A stretch of DNA of 64,000 nt from Cyanobacteriota bacterium (GTDB lineage Bacteria; Cyanobacteriota; Cyanobacteriia; Cyanobacteriales; Nostocaceae). Each line of letters starts with the position of its first letter. Position 1 is the stretch's first letter. The DNA lies in NCBI GenBank assembly GCA_046045965.1, contig JBJOKS010000007.1, positions 64,001 through 128,000 on the forward strand. Direction: 5' to 3'. The notes beneath the pieces were generated by a model that did no database searches, was not told the origin of the DNA, and saw nothing but the letters and a program-made list of their open reading frames with translations. A program made the translations under genes and the position numbers. Below are positions 1-11,278 of the stretch, piece by piece.

Positions 1-413
1 TACCAGCAAATAGAAACACCATATTTCTGTTTATTGCCACATTTCCAGTAATTTTAAACACTATATTTAAATATTGGATTTTCCGTTATCTCAGTCGTTT
101 GTCTCCTTCAGCATTAGCAACATTAAAAGAAATGGATGAATAATTGAGAATTTTTAGGAGTGAGGAGTGAGGAGTGAGGATAATTGTAAAATTAGTATCA
201 GTTATTAATAATTTTGTCAAGATCCCAATAATTTTTCATGAATTCCTAGAAAGATTTAGTGCAGAATTTCAGGTTATCTGCTAATAATTAGGGTTAATAA
301 TTGCTTTTGTGGTGAAAGATAAAAGTGATTACTAATACAGATGGGTGATGCAATATTAAGCATTACCTCTAGGATAAAAATCAATTTAGAAGTTTAGTTC
401 CCGACTTAGGCTT

Positions 414-1613
414 ATGAGTATCTTATTCAATCGTAAATTTCAAATTTCAACAGGTCTTGTTACCTTCTTTCTGGTTATTTTAGCTCATCAACATCTATAT
501 GCACAACCAGAAACTCAGCAACTAATCACGCAACAACAAATTACACAAACTCAACCTCAGAAACAAGCTACATCTATATTCTATTCTGTCATTGATGAAT
601 GGCAAAAATATAAATATAGTGTCAATGGCAAACACGTTTTAAAATCTGTGAAATTGCCAAATGCTAAAGTTAATTTTAATCAAGCTGATTTATTAACAGT
701 TCTCACTAATACGAGGAAATATTTTCAAGATCACAATCAAAATGACCCTACTATCGCCAGAAATGGACTGCTATTAAGTCAAGGAGTTACAGTAGAAGAC
801 GTTCTCAAAACCTTGGATTTTATGATTACTGTCTTAGAGGAGGATATTAGCAATAATAGACCTACGCGGTTACAAGATCCTAATTTTATCAATGCTAATT
901 TTCGAGTAATTAAATGGACTGCCTCTAATCCTGATCAACCAAAACAAAAACAACTTAGAATTACAAAATATGCTGTTTTTATTCATACTGGTTCTCGTAC
1001 CAAAACATCTAAATACAATATACCAATTTATAGCTTAAAAGACGATTTAGCTGGGGATAAATTCTACACCAAATACACAAAACAAGATGTTTTGTCAGGT
1101 ATTTATGAACCTGGTGGTAAAGAATTTGGTAAAGTCGAACCTTTGGCTTATCTCACCCGTGCAGGTTTAGAAGAAGCATTATTGCAGGGAACAATCTTGA
1201 TTAATTTTACAGATGGTACAAAAGCATTTTTTAATGTAGATAGAAACAATGGAATATCTTATGTAAGAGGAGTAAAAGCTACAGCACAAAAGCGTTATTG
1301 GTATTTTAGACAAGTTGATCAAATTAAAGGTTATGGACATAAAATAGATGCGAAAATTTCTATTAAACCAGGTGTAACTTTTGCTGGGGATGTCCTAAAT
1401 ATTGGTTTAGGAAGAGTGATACTAATGGAATATAATCAAGGTGGAAGTAAGCGCCTACAAATGGGGGTAATGGCAGATACAGGAGGCGCTTTTTTACCAA
1501 ATTTACATCAATTAGATTACTTAGCAGGTATTTTTCAGAATCAAAAAGAATTTAGGCAGTATATCCAAAAATTACCTGAATATGCTAACGCTTATATTTT
1601 GGTGAAGAAGTGA
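414..1613 (+). CDS. Secreted MltA/3D-domain-like murein transglycosylase-related protein
   Basis: N-terminal signal peptide and Q-rich linker; C-terminal 'TFAGD...ADTGGAF...LDYLAG' resembles the three-Asp 3D domain. Confidence 0.55.
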   Translation: MSILFNRKFQISTGLVTFFLVILAHQHLYAQPETQQLITQQQITQTQPQKQATSIFYSVIDEWQKYKYSVNGKHVLKSVKLPNAKVNFNQADLLTVLTNTRKYFQDHNQNDPTIARNGLLLSQGVTVEDVLKTLDFMITVLEEDISNNRPTRLQDPNFINANFRVIKWTASNPDQPKQKQLRITKYAVFIHTGSRTKTSKYNIPIYSLKDDLAGDKFYTKYTKQDVLSGIYEPGGKEFGKVEPLAYLTRAGLEEALLQGTILINFTDGTKAFFNVDRNNGISYVRGVKATAQKRYWYFRQVDQIKGYGHKIDAKISIKPGVTFAGDVLNIGLGRVILMEYNQGGSKRLQMGVMADTGGAFLPNLHQLDYLAGIFQNQKEFRQYIQKLPEYANAYILVKK

Positions 1614-1628
1614 AAATTATTTAAGAAT

Positions 1629-1660
<32 letters not shown>

Positions 1661-1689
1661 AAAAGAATAACGCAAGGTAACTATATTGC

Positions 1690-2055
1690 TTATTCACGGG
1701 TTAAAAGTTCCAAATTATGACCGTCAATGTCATAAAAATAAAAGCCACGTCCTCCGTTTCTATGGTTAATTTGACCTTTATTTTCGTGCATGGGGTCGCT
1801 ACTGTATTCTAAACCAGCTTGTTTTACCCGTGCAAAAATTTCATCAAATTCTTGATCACTGACATGGAACGCATAATGATGTGATTCAAAATTTTCTCTA
1901 TCAGCAAAATCTAAAGTCAGTTTATCGTTAACATGAACAGCAGCAAAGTGACCAATGGGAGACTCAACTTTTAGTCCAAAAATCTCCGCAAAGAAACGTG
2001 CTGCTGCTTCTTTGTCTTGTGCGGGTACTATGGTATGATTGAGGGTAATTGTCAT
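1690..2055 (-). CDS. VOC (glyoxalase/bleomycin resistance) family protein
   Basis: LNHTIV...HYAFHV...YFYDIDGHNLELLT motifs; GGAGG RBS upstream. Confidence 0.9.
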   Translation of the reverse strand: MTITLNHTIVPAQDKEAAARFFAEIFGLKVESPIGHFAAVHVNDKLTLDFADRENFESHHYAFHVSDQEFDEIFARVKQAGLEYSSDPMHENKGQINHRNGGRGFYFYDIDGHNLELLTRE

Positions 2056-2178
2056 TTCAAACCTCCGTTTTCAATTACTAAACTAGGTTTTGAGGCTGGA
2101 AGTTGTTATTTGAAAAAGAGAAAAATTTAAAAGGTTAATGATGTAAAAACCGCAGATTAAAATGCGGCTTTCACTCCT

Positions 2179-2204
2179 GTACGGGCGAACGGCCGTTCGC
2201 CCCT
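2179..2204. repeat. REP/SDR-like palindrome
   Basis: Perfect palindrome GGGCGAACGGCCGTTCGCCC; related palindromes at about 24365, 26383, 33442, 39542, 42035 and 60385. Confidence 0.7.
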
Positions 2205-2235
2205 CCTGACTCCTGAATTCTACTTTTATGTTAAT

Positions 2236-2607
2236 TCATTCTTCCAGTGATTTGGCTGTAACTTCAATTGCTGTTACATCAATTGTACCTTCTGGTGCGA
2301 AACGGCTAAATTGACTATTTTTTACTAATAGCTGTTCTCCGCAATTTTGACACTGCAATTGGCTATTATTTAAACCTGTTGATTCAAATCCACAAACGGG
2401 ACACTTATCAGTAACTAAGTTGCGTTGTAGCCACCAGCGAAATCCGAAAAATGCAATAATTGGTATTATTAACAACAGCCCAAAAATAATTAGCAAGGAA
2501 TTCACTAACCAGCCTAAGCCTAATGATGCTAATAACCAAGCTACTGCTAATAGAGTCAGCCAAGGACGGAGTTTATCAAGATTAATTTGCAAGTTATTAA
2601 GGCTCAT
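2236..2607 (-). CDS. Small membrane protein with CxxC...CxxC zinc ribbon
   Basis: Two TM helices followed by CPVCG...CQNCG. Confidence 0.75.
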   Translation of the reverse strand: MSLNNLQINLDKLRPWLTLLAVAWLLASLGLGWLVNSLLIIFGLLLIIPIIAFFGFRWWLQRNLVTDKCPVCGFESTGLNNSQLQCQNCGEQLLVKNSQFSRFAPEGTIDVTAIEVTAKSLEE

Positions 2608-2742
2608 TTCTCAAATTTTTTCTACTCTATTTTTATTTTAGTTATTATTTGTCAGTTATCAGTGGTAACAGGTAACAGGGAAAAATTAAGTCAAAAGTCA
2701 AAATTAATAACTTCTGCATCCTGACTCCTGACTCCTGACTCC

Positions 2743-3855
2743 TCACAATTGCAACATTTGTTGTAGACGTTGTTGAAAAGCTTCTATTCCAAAAATAGCG
2801 ATCGCTTGTTCTCGCAACCATTTACCATCACAACGTTGATCATTACCTTGGAGAATTTCTATACAAGCTGCTGCGACTGCATCGGGGTTGCGGTGTGGTA
2901 CTCTCCATCCTAGTTTACCATCTTGCAAGGGGTCAGCTGAACCATCATCATCACCAGATAATACTGGGACACCACAGGCCATTGCTTCTAGGTAAACAAT
3001 GCCAAAACCTTCTTGAGAAGGCATAATATAGGCATCAGCTAAACGGTAGTGTAACATCAATGCTTCCGTAGGCACAAACCCAGCAAAGATCACGCGATCG
3101 CTCACACCTAAATCTTCTGCTAATTGTGCTAATCTCGGTTGGTCATCTCCACGACCAATTACTAAATATTTGACTTCTGGAAACACCTGGATAATTTGCG
3201 GTAAAGCTCTAATTGTGACATCTACACCTTTATAAATATCCCCAGACCACAACCGCGCTACAGTCATTAATACCTTGGCATTATTTAAGCCATATTTCTC
3301 CATCAGTTCCGGTGCTTTATCTCCAGGAGTAAATTTATTCCCATCAATAGCACAAGGTAACATTTGTACTTTTTTCGGGTCAATACCATTAGCAGCACAA
3401 GCTTGATCTCGACTATAACGGCTAATTGTCCAAATTTTAGCAGCTGAAGCTAAAGCACGTCTTTCTGAATTTTTTAGTGGTTCCCAGACTTCTTTACCAT
3501 AAGTTAGCACAGTATAAGGAATCCCCAAAAGCTGACAAAAGGTTTGTATCAGTCCTGCTAATTTAATATGACCACAAAAAACTCTTTGCGGTCGTTTTTG
3601 CAGCAGATATCGAAGTAAAGCTAAAGCCATTTTCACCCTACCTATTTTGGCAGAGTTGCTTTTAAAATAATGAAATTTTAAATTTTCTGATGCAAAAGGA
3701 TTAACACAATTAGGACTATCCCGCAACAAAAATACATCCGCTTTGCAGGTTCCGTTTAATCCTAAATAGGCGCGAAAAATATCCTTAACATAGGATTGAA
3801 TTCCACCTTCAAGGGTAAAAATTTCTAAGAATACAAATAAATGATTATTAGCCAC
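2743..3855 (-). CDS. Glycosyltransferase family 4
   Basis: KGVD and EGFGIVYLEAMACG motifs. Start moved to GTG at 3855 because the ORF-track extension is translated STRR repeat. Confidence 0.88.
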   Translation of the reverse strand: MANNHLFVFLEIFTLEGGIQSYVKDIFRAYLGLNGTCKADVFLLRDSPNCVNPFASENLKFHYFKSNSAKIGRVKMALALLRYLLQKRPQRVFCGHIKLAGLIQTFCQLLGIPYTVLTYGKEVWEPLKNSERRALASAAKIWTISRYSRDQACAANGIDPKKVQMLPCAIDGNKFTPGDKAPELMEKYGLNNAKVLMTVARLWSGDIYKGVDVTIRALPQIIQVFPEVKYLVIGRGDDQPRLAQLAEDLGVSDRVIFAGFVPTEALMLHYRLADAYIMPSQEGFGIVYLEAMACGVPVLSGDDDGSADPLQDGKLGWRVPHRNPDAVAAACIEILQGNDQRCDGKWLREQAIAIFGIEAFQQRLQQMLQL

Positions 3856-3933
3856 TTTAGTAATGTAAATTTCTAGATGGGGGACTGGGGACTGGGAATA
3901 AAGCAGGGGAAGCAGGGGAAGAATAACTAATGA

Positions 3934-3999
3934 CCAATTACCAATTACCAATTACCAATTACCAATTACCTATTACCTATTACCTATTACCTATTACCT
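3934..3999. repeat. STRR heptamer array (CCAATTA/CCTATTA)n
   Basis: Seen directly. Similar arrays at about 156-180, 1629-1660, 2720-2742, 16726-16771, 22413-22444, 33829-33875, 45915-46011, 46808-46845 and 53101-53221. Confidence 0.9.
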
Positions 4000-4000
4000 G

Positions 4001-4963
4001 TTAACTGTTTAAATATTCCAAATCTGTTTTTACCATGTTTTCCAAAAGTTGCTCAAAACTAACTTGCGGTTCCCAACCCAGATTATTTTTGGCTTTACTG
4101 GGGTTAGCTACTAATTGAAAATGTTCATCGGCTCGTAATAAATTAGTATTAACAATTACATATTTTTCCCAGTCCAGTCCTACAGAATCAAAAGCTGTAG
4201 CGATTAATTCCTTAACACTGTGAAGTTTACCCGTACCAATCACGTATTCTTCTGGTTCATCAGCTTGCAACATTCGCCACATAGCATTAACATGATCTCC
4301 AGCAAAACCCCAATCACGTTTAGCATCTAAGTTACCCATTTCTAGGGTTGCTGCTAAACCCAATTTAATTGATGCTACCGCTAAAGAAACTTTGCGGGTA
4401 ACAAACTGAGGCGGACGCAAAGGCGATTCATGGTTATATAAAATACCACTACAAGCAAATAGACCATAACGCTGTCGGTGATGTACCATCGTCCAATGAG
4501 CGTGTAATTTTGCTGCTGCATAGGGATTTTTGGGACGGAAGGGAGTTTCTTCATCCTGGGGAGCAGTAGTCACATCACCGAACATTTCCGAACTGCTGGC
4601 TTGATAAAACCTTGTAGATAAACCAACTTGGCGAATTGCATCTAATAATCTTGTAGCAGTACCTGTGATCAGATCCAGAGTTCCCAGAGGATCATTCCAA
4701 GAGTCGGGAACAAAACTAGGAGCAGCTAAATTATAAATTTCCTGGGGTTGTAGCTGTTCGACAACAGTTAATAAACCCGCACTATCTCTTAAATCAACGG
4801 TGTAAATTTTTACTTTATCTCTTAAAATTCCCAGTTTTGACAAGTTAGGTTGTCGGTGGGGAGATACCAAGCCTACAACTCGGTAATGTTGACTAAGTAA
4901 TAAATGGCTGAGATAGTAACCATCTTGACCTGTAATACCTGTGATTAAAGCTGTTTTTGCCAT
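4001..4963 (-). CDS. gmd: GDP-mannose 4,6-dehydratase
   Basis: ALITGITGQDG, YQASSSE, YAAAK, NHESP, RDWG; start at MAKTALITG. Confidence 0.92.
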   Translation of the reverse strand: MAKTALITGITGQDGYYLSHLLLSQHYRVVGLVSPHRQPNLSKLGILRDKVKIYTVDLRDSAGLLTVVEQLQPQEIYNLAAPSFVPDSWNDPLGTLDLITGTATRLLDAIRQVGLSTRFYQASSSEMFGDVTTAPQDEETPFRPKNPYAAAKLHAHWTMVHHRQRYGLFACSGILYNHESPLRPPQFVTRKVSLAVASIKLGLAATLEMGNLDAKRDWGFAGDHVNAMWRMLQADEPEEYVIGTGKLHSVKELIATAFDSVGLDWEKYVIVNTNLLRADEHFQLVANPSKAKNNLGWEPQVSFEQLLENMVKTDLEYLNS

Positions 4964-5288
4964 AAAATACTGCCGTATACTTACATATTCCGCATCTTGG
5001 AGAAGTATTTTCGAGAAGTTTCCAGAATTTACCCAAGAGGTTCTCCTTTGTAAATTGGAAACATCCCAATCAGGGATAGTTGAAGATGATATTACACCTA
5101 TCACAAACTAAAATAGACAATTATAGCAGTATGCAATTCAGATATCCTCATTGCTGGCAATTTTGCCGTTAATTAACCCTACTGGTAGCGTATCTTAAAA
5201 TCATGGTGCTTGGTGCTAGAAATTTATGTTTTTAATCTTACTTCATACTCACAGCAATAACAGTATCTCTAATTGATGGCTTTTATTT

Positions 5289-8200
5289 ATGGTATTAGTC
5301 ACTTTACAGGAAATGACTCGGCTGGGGGAGGTAATCATAAACTCTCCCTTAACTGTTTCATCAGATGCAACCGTCACTGAGGCGATATTGCAGATGAGTA
5401 CAGCACGGGCAAGCTGTTCCTTAACAGATGATACAGATGATATTGATGCAGATAGCAATCTGTTTTTAGCAGAAGCTCGTGCCAGTTGCGTTCTAGTGGT
5501 AGATAGAACTAAGGTTTTAGGAATTTTTACTGAAAGGGATGTTATCCATCTCAGAGCCAATGGTTATCAACTGACACAGACAACCATTACTAATGTCATG
5601 ACTCAACCAGTAATCACATTGCGGCAATCGGACTTTACTGATATATTTGCTGCACTCAACCTGTTACAACAACATCACATCCGTCATTTGCCCATAGTTG
5701 ATGACAATGACCAATTGATCGGGCTTGTCACCCATGAAAGCCTACGTCAGATGCTGCGTCCAATTGATTTACTGCGGTTGCGTCTGGTGTCAGAAATAAT
5801 GAATACAGATGTGATTTGTGCAGCACCAGAAACATCAGTATTAGACCTGACCAGGTTAATGGCAGAACATCGGGTTAGTTCAGTGGTAATTGTCGCAGCG
5901 GATGATGATACTCGTGCCATTGGGATAGTCACTGAAAGAGATATTGTTCAATTTCATGCCTTAGATTTGTCATTTGACAAAATTAAAGCCTTAGAGGTGA
6001 TGAGTAGTCCTCTGTTTACCGTCAGTCCTGATGATTCCCTGTGGGAAGCGCGATCGCTCATGCAGGAAAAACAATTAAATCGGGTGGTAGTCACAGACAA
6101 TCACGGACAATTATTGGGTATTGTGACACAAACTACACTGTTGCAAGCCTTGAACCCAGTGGAAATTTACAAGTTAGTAGAAACCCTAGAGCAGAAACTG
6201 TGCCGACTAGAAAAAGAAAAGCTGGAATTGCTGGAAAACCGCAATGCTGAATTAGAGCAGGAGGTAGAGAAACGGACAGCAGAACTGAGAAACCAGGCAG
6301 AAAAGGAAAAATTATTGAGTTCCATCGCTAGTCGCATCAGGTCTTCCTTAGACTTACAGCAGACACTAAATGCCATTGTTAACGAAGTGCGGACATTTTT
6401 GCAGTGCGATCGCGTTTTTATCTATCAGTTTAACCTAGATTGGACTGGTATAATTGTTGCCGAATCAGTAATTGAAAATCATGAATCTTTCCTCAACCAA
6501 GTCATTCACGACCCTTGTTTTGCAGCCAATTGGATAGATCCTTATCTTAATGGAAGAGTTCGGGTAGTAACTGATATTTATCAAGCTAACTTGGCTCCCT
6601 GTCATATTGAACTATTAGAACAAATCAAAACCCGTGCTAAAATCCTTGTCCCCATTGTTCAAGAAAGACAACTTTGGGGGTTATTAAGTGCCACCCAAAA
6701 AGATCATCCACGAGACTGGCAAGAGTTAGAAGTAAATCTCCTCCAACAGCTTGCCACACAAATAGGCATCTCTATCCAGCAAGCCGATATTTACAGACAG
6801 CTGAAAACCGAACTAGCAGAACGCAAACAAGCACAAGCTGATCTCCAGGCTTTGGTGGAAGGTGCAGCCGCAGTCACAGGTAAGGACTTTTTCAGCTTAT
6901 TACTGGAGTACATTACCACCTTCTTGGGCTATCGCTACGGTCTCATCGCCACAAAAAACGGTGAATATTACCAAACTGCGGCATTTTGGGTCAACGGAAA
7001 CATCCAAACTAATATCTCTGGCTTGTTAGAAGGGATGCCTTGTAATTTGACCATAAAACAAGGTAATTTTTGCTGTATCTGCGACCTCCAGCAACATTTC
7101 CCCAACGAAACTTTCAAAGAATTGGCAGCCGAGAGTTACGTGGGTGTAGCGATCAAGTCCACAGAAGGAGAGACTTTAGGTAGCCTTTGTGTATTAGATG
7201 ATAAACCCTTGGTAGATGCTTCTAGAGCGATCGCTATCTTACAAGTATTTGCAGCACGAGTTGGGGCAGAATTAGAGCGTCAGCAGGCAATGACCGCACT
7301 CGAACAACTTAACCAGGAATTAGAACTCAAAGTTGAGGAACGCACAGCCGAACTGCGCCAAAGTCAAGAACGCTGGGAACTGGCACTACGAGGTAGTAAT
7401 GACGGCATTTGGGATTGGAACATCAAAACCAATCAAGTTTTCTATTCCACCCGCTGGAAACAAATGCGAGGATTTGCGGATGATGAAATCGGCTCTCATC
7501 TGCAAGAATGGTCAAATCTGATTCATGGTGATGATTATGACCGGGTAATGATCGCCCTTGCAGATCACCTGGCTCACAAAACTCCCTTCTTCCAAGAAGA
7601 ATATCGAGTACAGCGCAAAGATGGCTCCTATATGTGGGTGCTAGATCGCAGACAAGCTTGGTGGGATGAACAAGGTAATATCCTTCGTATGGTGGGTTCA
7701 GAAAGCGATATTACCAGTCGCAAACAAGCTGAAGCTGAATTACTTGCTATCACCAGTCTGCAACAAGCAATTTTCAATGGTATTGACTATTCCGTGATCT
7801 TCACCAACCCAGAAGGTATCATCCAAACCTTTAATGCCGCTGCGGAAAAGATGTTAGGCTACACCGCAAAAGAGGTAATTGGTAAATTTAGTCCCCTACA
7901 GTTTCATGACCAAGACGAATTGCAACAGCAAGCAGCCACTATCTCAGAAATATGGGGTAGGAATATCACGCCAGGTATGGGAGTTTTTCTCACCACAGCT
8001 ATACAAGGAATTCCTCACGAACAAGAATGGACTTATATTCGTAAAGATGGCTCCCGGTTTCCGGTGTTGCTTTCTGTGACAACTCTCTACGACGATCAAC
8101 AACAAATTATCGGCTTTGTCGGTATTGCTAAAGATATTACCGCTAAAAAACAAGCAGATGAAAAACTGCGCCGGACTATCAAAGAATTATCAGATTTTAA

Positions 8201-11200
8201 ATATGCCTTGGACCAAGCGGCCATTGTGGCTATTACCGACTCTGAGGGTACTATTACCTATGCCAACGAAAAATTTAGCCAGATTTCCCAATATTCTCCC
8301 ACGGAATTAATTGGTCACACCCATAAACTTGTAAATTCTGGCTATCACTCCAGGGAATTCTTTGCTGAACTTTGGTCTACTATTTCTAGCGGTAATGTGT
8401 GGCGGGGTGAAGTTAAAAATCGCAGCAAGGATGGGAGTTACTACTGGGTAGACACTACCATAGTTCCCTTTCTCAATGACCAAGGAAAACCTGTACAGTA
8501 TTTAGCCATCCGCACTGATATCACGGCTCGCAAACAAGCAGAAATTGCTTTGCAAGAAAGCCAGCGTTTTGCTCAAAGTATTGCTGACAGTTCCCCTAAT
8601 ATCCTCTATATCCACGATTTTATCACTCAGCAAAACCTCTACATTAACCGGGAAATAACAACCATCCTGGGTTACACACCAGCGGATCTGCTGCGAATGG
8701 GGTTTGAGGTGTTACAACAAACATTTCATCCAGAGGACTTGATAGCTTACTTTGCACACCAACAGCAATTACAAACCGCAGCTGATGATGAAATTTTAGA
8801 AATTGAGTACCGTGTCCGTAATGTTGATGGTAAATGGCGCTGGCTTTCTGCCCGTGATGCCGTTTTTAAGAGAGATGTCCAAGGGCAGGTGATTCAATAT
8901 ATTGGTGTAGCACAAGATATTACTGAACGCAAAGAAGCGACAGCAGCTTTAGAGAAGTATGCACGGGAAGTTGAGGATCTCTACAATAATGCTCCCTGTG
9001 GTTATTATTCCCTGGACTCTGAAGGAATCATCACTGGGATTAATAATACTCAGTTGCAATGGTTGGGTTACACCCGCGAGGAAATCGTGGGACGAAAATA
9101 CATTGATTTTCTCACCCAAGAAGGTCGTCAAATCTTTAATGAAAACTATCCAAAATTTAAAGAGATCGGCTTTATTAAAGATTTAGAGTATTCTCTGATA
9201 CGTAAAGATGGCACGGTGTTACCAGTCCTCATCAATGCTACTGCTGTCAACAGTGCTGATGGAACTTATCTACATAGTCGCTCCACTGTTTTTGATATTA
9301 CTGACCGTAGAGAAGCTGAGAAAAAACTAAAACACCAATTAACTGTGATCGAGGCCGCTGTGGATGGGATCGCTATCCTGGAAAATAATATCTTTACTTA
9401 TGTCAACCAAGCACATTTGCAACTTTTTGGGTATGAACATTCCGCAGAATTACTCGGTAAAAATTGGCAACAATTATTATATTCTCTAGAAGAAAGCAGC
9501 CGCTTTGAGCAGGAAGTTTTTCCCATCTTAATGCAGCAGCGTCATTGGCAGGGGGAAGCGATCGCCACCCGTAAAGATGGTAGCACTTTCCATGAGGGAT
9601 TATCTTTAACACTGACAGAAGGAGGAACTTTGATTTGTGTTTGCCGAGATATTTCTGATGTTAAAAAAGCGGAACAGGAATTACGAACAATTAATGAAAG
9701 ATTAACTCTTACCAATGCCGAATTAGAACGTGCCACACGCTTGAAAGATGAGTTTTTGGCAAATATGAGTCATGAATTGCGAACGCCGCTAAATGCGATT
9801 TTAGGAATGTCTGAAGGTTTACAGGAAGAGGTATTTGGTTCTATTAACCCAGGACAACGTAAAGCGATCGCTACTATTGAACGCAGCGGTAGACACTTAC
9901 TAGAGTTAATCAACGATATCCTTGACCTGTCTAAGATTGAGTCTGGTAAGCTGGAACTGCAATTGTCATCTGTGCCAGTCAAAAACTTGACTGATACTAG
10001 TTTGCCTTTTGTCCGCCAACAAGCTATTAAGAAAAACATTCGCTTAACTGTTAGCATCCCCGATCATCTGGGTGAAATTGTTGTTGATGAACTTCGCATT
10101 TGTCAGGTATTAATTAACCTACTCAATAATGCCATTAAATTCACCCATGAAGGTGGTAATATCCGATTAGAAATTAAGTTAGAAGGTGCTTACCTGGTTA
10201 TTTCGGTAATTGATACAGGTATTGGTATTGCCTCAGATGATGCCAGTAAACTATTTAAACCCTTTGTGCAAGTAGATAGCAAATTAAGCCGTCAGTATAG
10301 TGGCACTGGTTTAGGACTGGCTCTAGTACGTCGCTTGGTTGAGCTACACGATGGCACAGTTGGGGTGACAAGTGAGCTTGGTAAAGGTAGTTGTTTTACC
10401 GTCAAGCTACCCTATCTTCAGCCTAGCAAGCCGGAAATGACCCATCCTACTGTCTTCCCTCAATGTAGTTTATCACCAGAAAATACAAAGGTATTAATTA
10501 TAGAGGATACGCCTACAGCGGCAGAACAGGTGAAACGCTACTTAGATGAGATAGGTATGGAGGGGGTAGTTTATCCCCAAGGTGAAGGAGCGATCGCGCA
10601 AATTCTCGCACACCAACCAGCATTCATAATTCTCGATATTCAACTTCCTCATCGGTCTGGTTGGGAAGTATTACAACTAATTAAGGCTCATCCAGAAACC
10701 CAAACTATTCCTGTAATTATCTTTTCAGTAGTGGATGAGCGATCGCGCGGTATCGAATTGGGGGCGGCTGAATATTTGATCAAACCTATTATTCGTCAAC
10801 AATTCCATCAGGTGATTAACCAACTGCGCCAACCTTCTATCACTACTACAAATCCAGAAAATATCACTGTTGAGGAGGTATCACCACCAAATAAACAATC
10901 ACCTGTAATTTTGATAGCGGAAGATAACGAGGCTAATATTGATACCATATCGAATTATTTAGAAAGTCGTGGTTATCGTCTACTGGTGGCGCAAAACGGA
11001 CAGGAAGCCATTAAATTAGCTAAAACTCATGCTCCTGATTTGATCTTAATGGATATTCAAATGCCACATATGGACGGTCTAGAAGCTACTCGTTTGATTC
11101 GTGCGGATCAAGATTTAGCTAACATTCCCATTATTGCTTTGACTGGTTTAGCCATGCCTAGCGATCAGGAAAAATGCCTTCAGGCAGGAGCTAATGAATA

Positions 11201-11264
11201 TCTCACCAAACCTGTAAGATTAAAACAACTTACAGAAATAATTCACAATTTATTAAATAAATAA
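5289..11264 (+). CDS. Hybrid sensor histidine kinase: 4xCBS - DXCF cyanobacteriochrome GAF - GAF - about 6 PAS/PAC - HisKA/HATPase - 2 REC
   Basis: GIFTERD/GIVTERD CBS motifs; DPCF...PCH GAF; repeated DIT.RK PAC ends; MSHELRTPLN H-box; DTGIG and GTGLGL; two receivers (ILDIQLP, LMDIQMP). Confidence 0.93.
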   Translation: MVLVTLQEMTRLGEVIINSPLTVSSDATVTEAILQMSTARASCSLTDDTDDIDADSNLFLAEARASCVLVVDRTKVLGIFTERDVIHLRANGYQLTQTTITNVMTQPVITLRQSDFTDIFAALNLLQQHHIRHLPIVDDNDQLIGLVTHESLRQMLRPIDLLRLRLVSEIMNTDVICAAPETSVLDLTRLMAEHRVSSVVIVAADDDTRAIGIVTERDIVQFHALDLSFDKIKALEVMSSPLFTVSPDDSLWEARSLMQEKQLNRVVVTDNHGQLLGIVTQTTLLQALNPVEIYKLVETLEQKLCRLEKEKLELLENRNAELEQEVEKRTAELRNQAEKEKLLSSIASRIRSSLDLQQTLNAIVNEVRTFLQCDRVFIYQFNLDWTGIIVAESVIENHESFLNQVIHDPCFAANWIDPYLNGRVRVVTDIYQANLAPCHIELLEQIKTRAKILVPIVQERQLWGLLSATQKDHPRDWQELEVNLLQQLATQIGISIQQADIYRQLKTELAERKQAQADLQALVEGAAAVTGKDFFSLLLEYITTFLGYRYGLIATKNGEYYQTAAFWVNGNIQTNISGLLEGMPCNLTIKQGNFCCICDLQQHFPNETFKELAAESYVGVAIKSTEGETLGSLCVLDDKPLVDASRAIAILQVFAARVGAELERQQAMTALEQLNQELELKVEERTAELRQSQERWELALRGSNDGIWDWNIKTNQVFYSTRWKQMRGFADDEIGSHLQEWSNLIHGDDYDRVMIALADHLAHKTPFFQEEYRVQRKDGSYMWVLDRRQAWWDEQGNILRMVGSESDITSRKQAEAELLAITSLQQAIFNGIDYSVIFTNPEGIIQTFNAAAEKMLGYTAKEVIGKFSPLQFHDQDELQQQAATISEIWGRNITPGMGVFLTTAIQGIPHEQEWTYIRKDGSRFPVLLSVTTLYDDQQQIIGFVGIAKDITAKKQADEKLRRTIKELSDFKYALDQAAIVAITDSEGTITYANEKFSQISQYSPTELIGHTHKLVNSGYHSREFFAELWSTISSGNVWRGEVKNRSKDGSYYWVDTTIVPFLNDQGKPVQYLAIRTDITARKQAEIALQESQRFAQSIADSSPNILYIHDFITQQNLYINREITTILGYTPADLLRMGFEVLQQTFHPEDLIAYFAHQQQLQTAADDEILEIEYRVRNVDGKWRWLSARDAVFKRDVQGQVIQYIGVAQDITERKEATAALEKYAREVEDLYNNAPCGYYSLDSEGIITGINNTQLQWLGYTREEIVGRKYIDFLTQEGRQIFNENYPKFKEIGFIKDLEYSLIRKDGTVLPVLINATAVNSADGTYLHSRSTVFDITDRREAEKKLKHQLTVIEAAVDGIAILENNIFTYVNQAHLQLFGYEHSAELLGKNWQQLLYSLEESSRFEQEVFPILMQQRHWQGEAIATRKDGSTFHEGLSLTLTEGGTLICVCRDISDVKKAEQELRTINERLTLTNAELERATRLKDEFLANMSHELRTPLNAILGMSEGLQEEVFGSINPGQRKAIATIERSGRHLLELINDILDLSKIESGKLELQLSSVPVKNLTDTSLPFVRQQAIKKNIRLTVSIPDHLGEIVVDELRICQVLINLLNNAIKFTHEGGNIRLEIKLEGAYLVISVIDTGIGIASDDASKLFKPFVQVDSKLSRQYSGTGLGLALVRRLVELHDGTVGVTSELGKGSCFTVKLPYLQPSKPEMTHPTVFPQCSLSPENTKVLIIEDTPTAAEQVKRYLDEIGMEGVVYPQGEGAIAQILAHQPAFIILDIQLPHRSGWEVLQLIKAHPETQTIPVIIFSVVDERSRGIELGAAEYLIKPIIRQQFHQVINQLRQPSITTTNPENITVEEVSPPNKQSPVILIAEDNEANIDTISNYLESRGYRLLVAQNGQEAIKLAKTHAPDLILMDIQMPHMDGLEATRLIRADQDLANIPIIALTGLAMPSDQEKCLQAGANEYLTKPVRLKQLTEIIHNLLNK

Positions 11265-11278
11265 AAAATACCTATAAT

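Noticed and set aside
1..40. Possible 5' end of a minus-strand gene running off the window ([13 protein letters not shown])
   Set aside because: Too short to support
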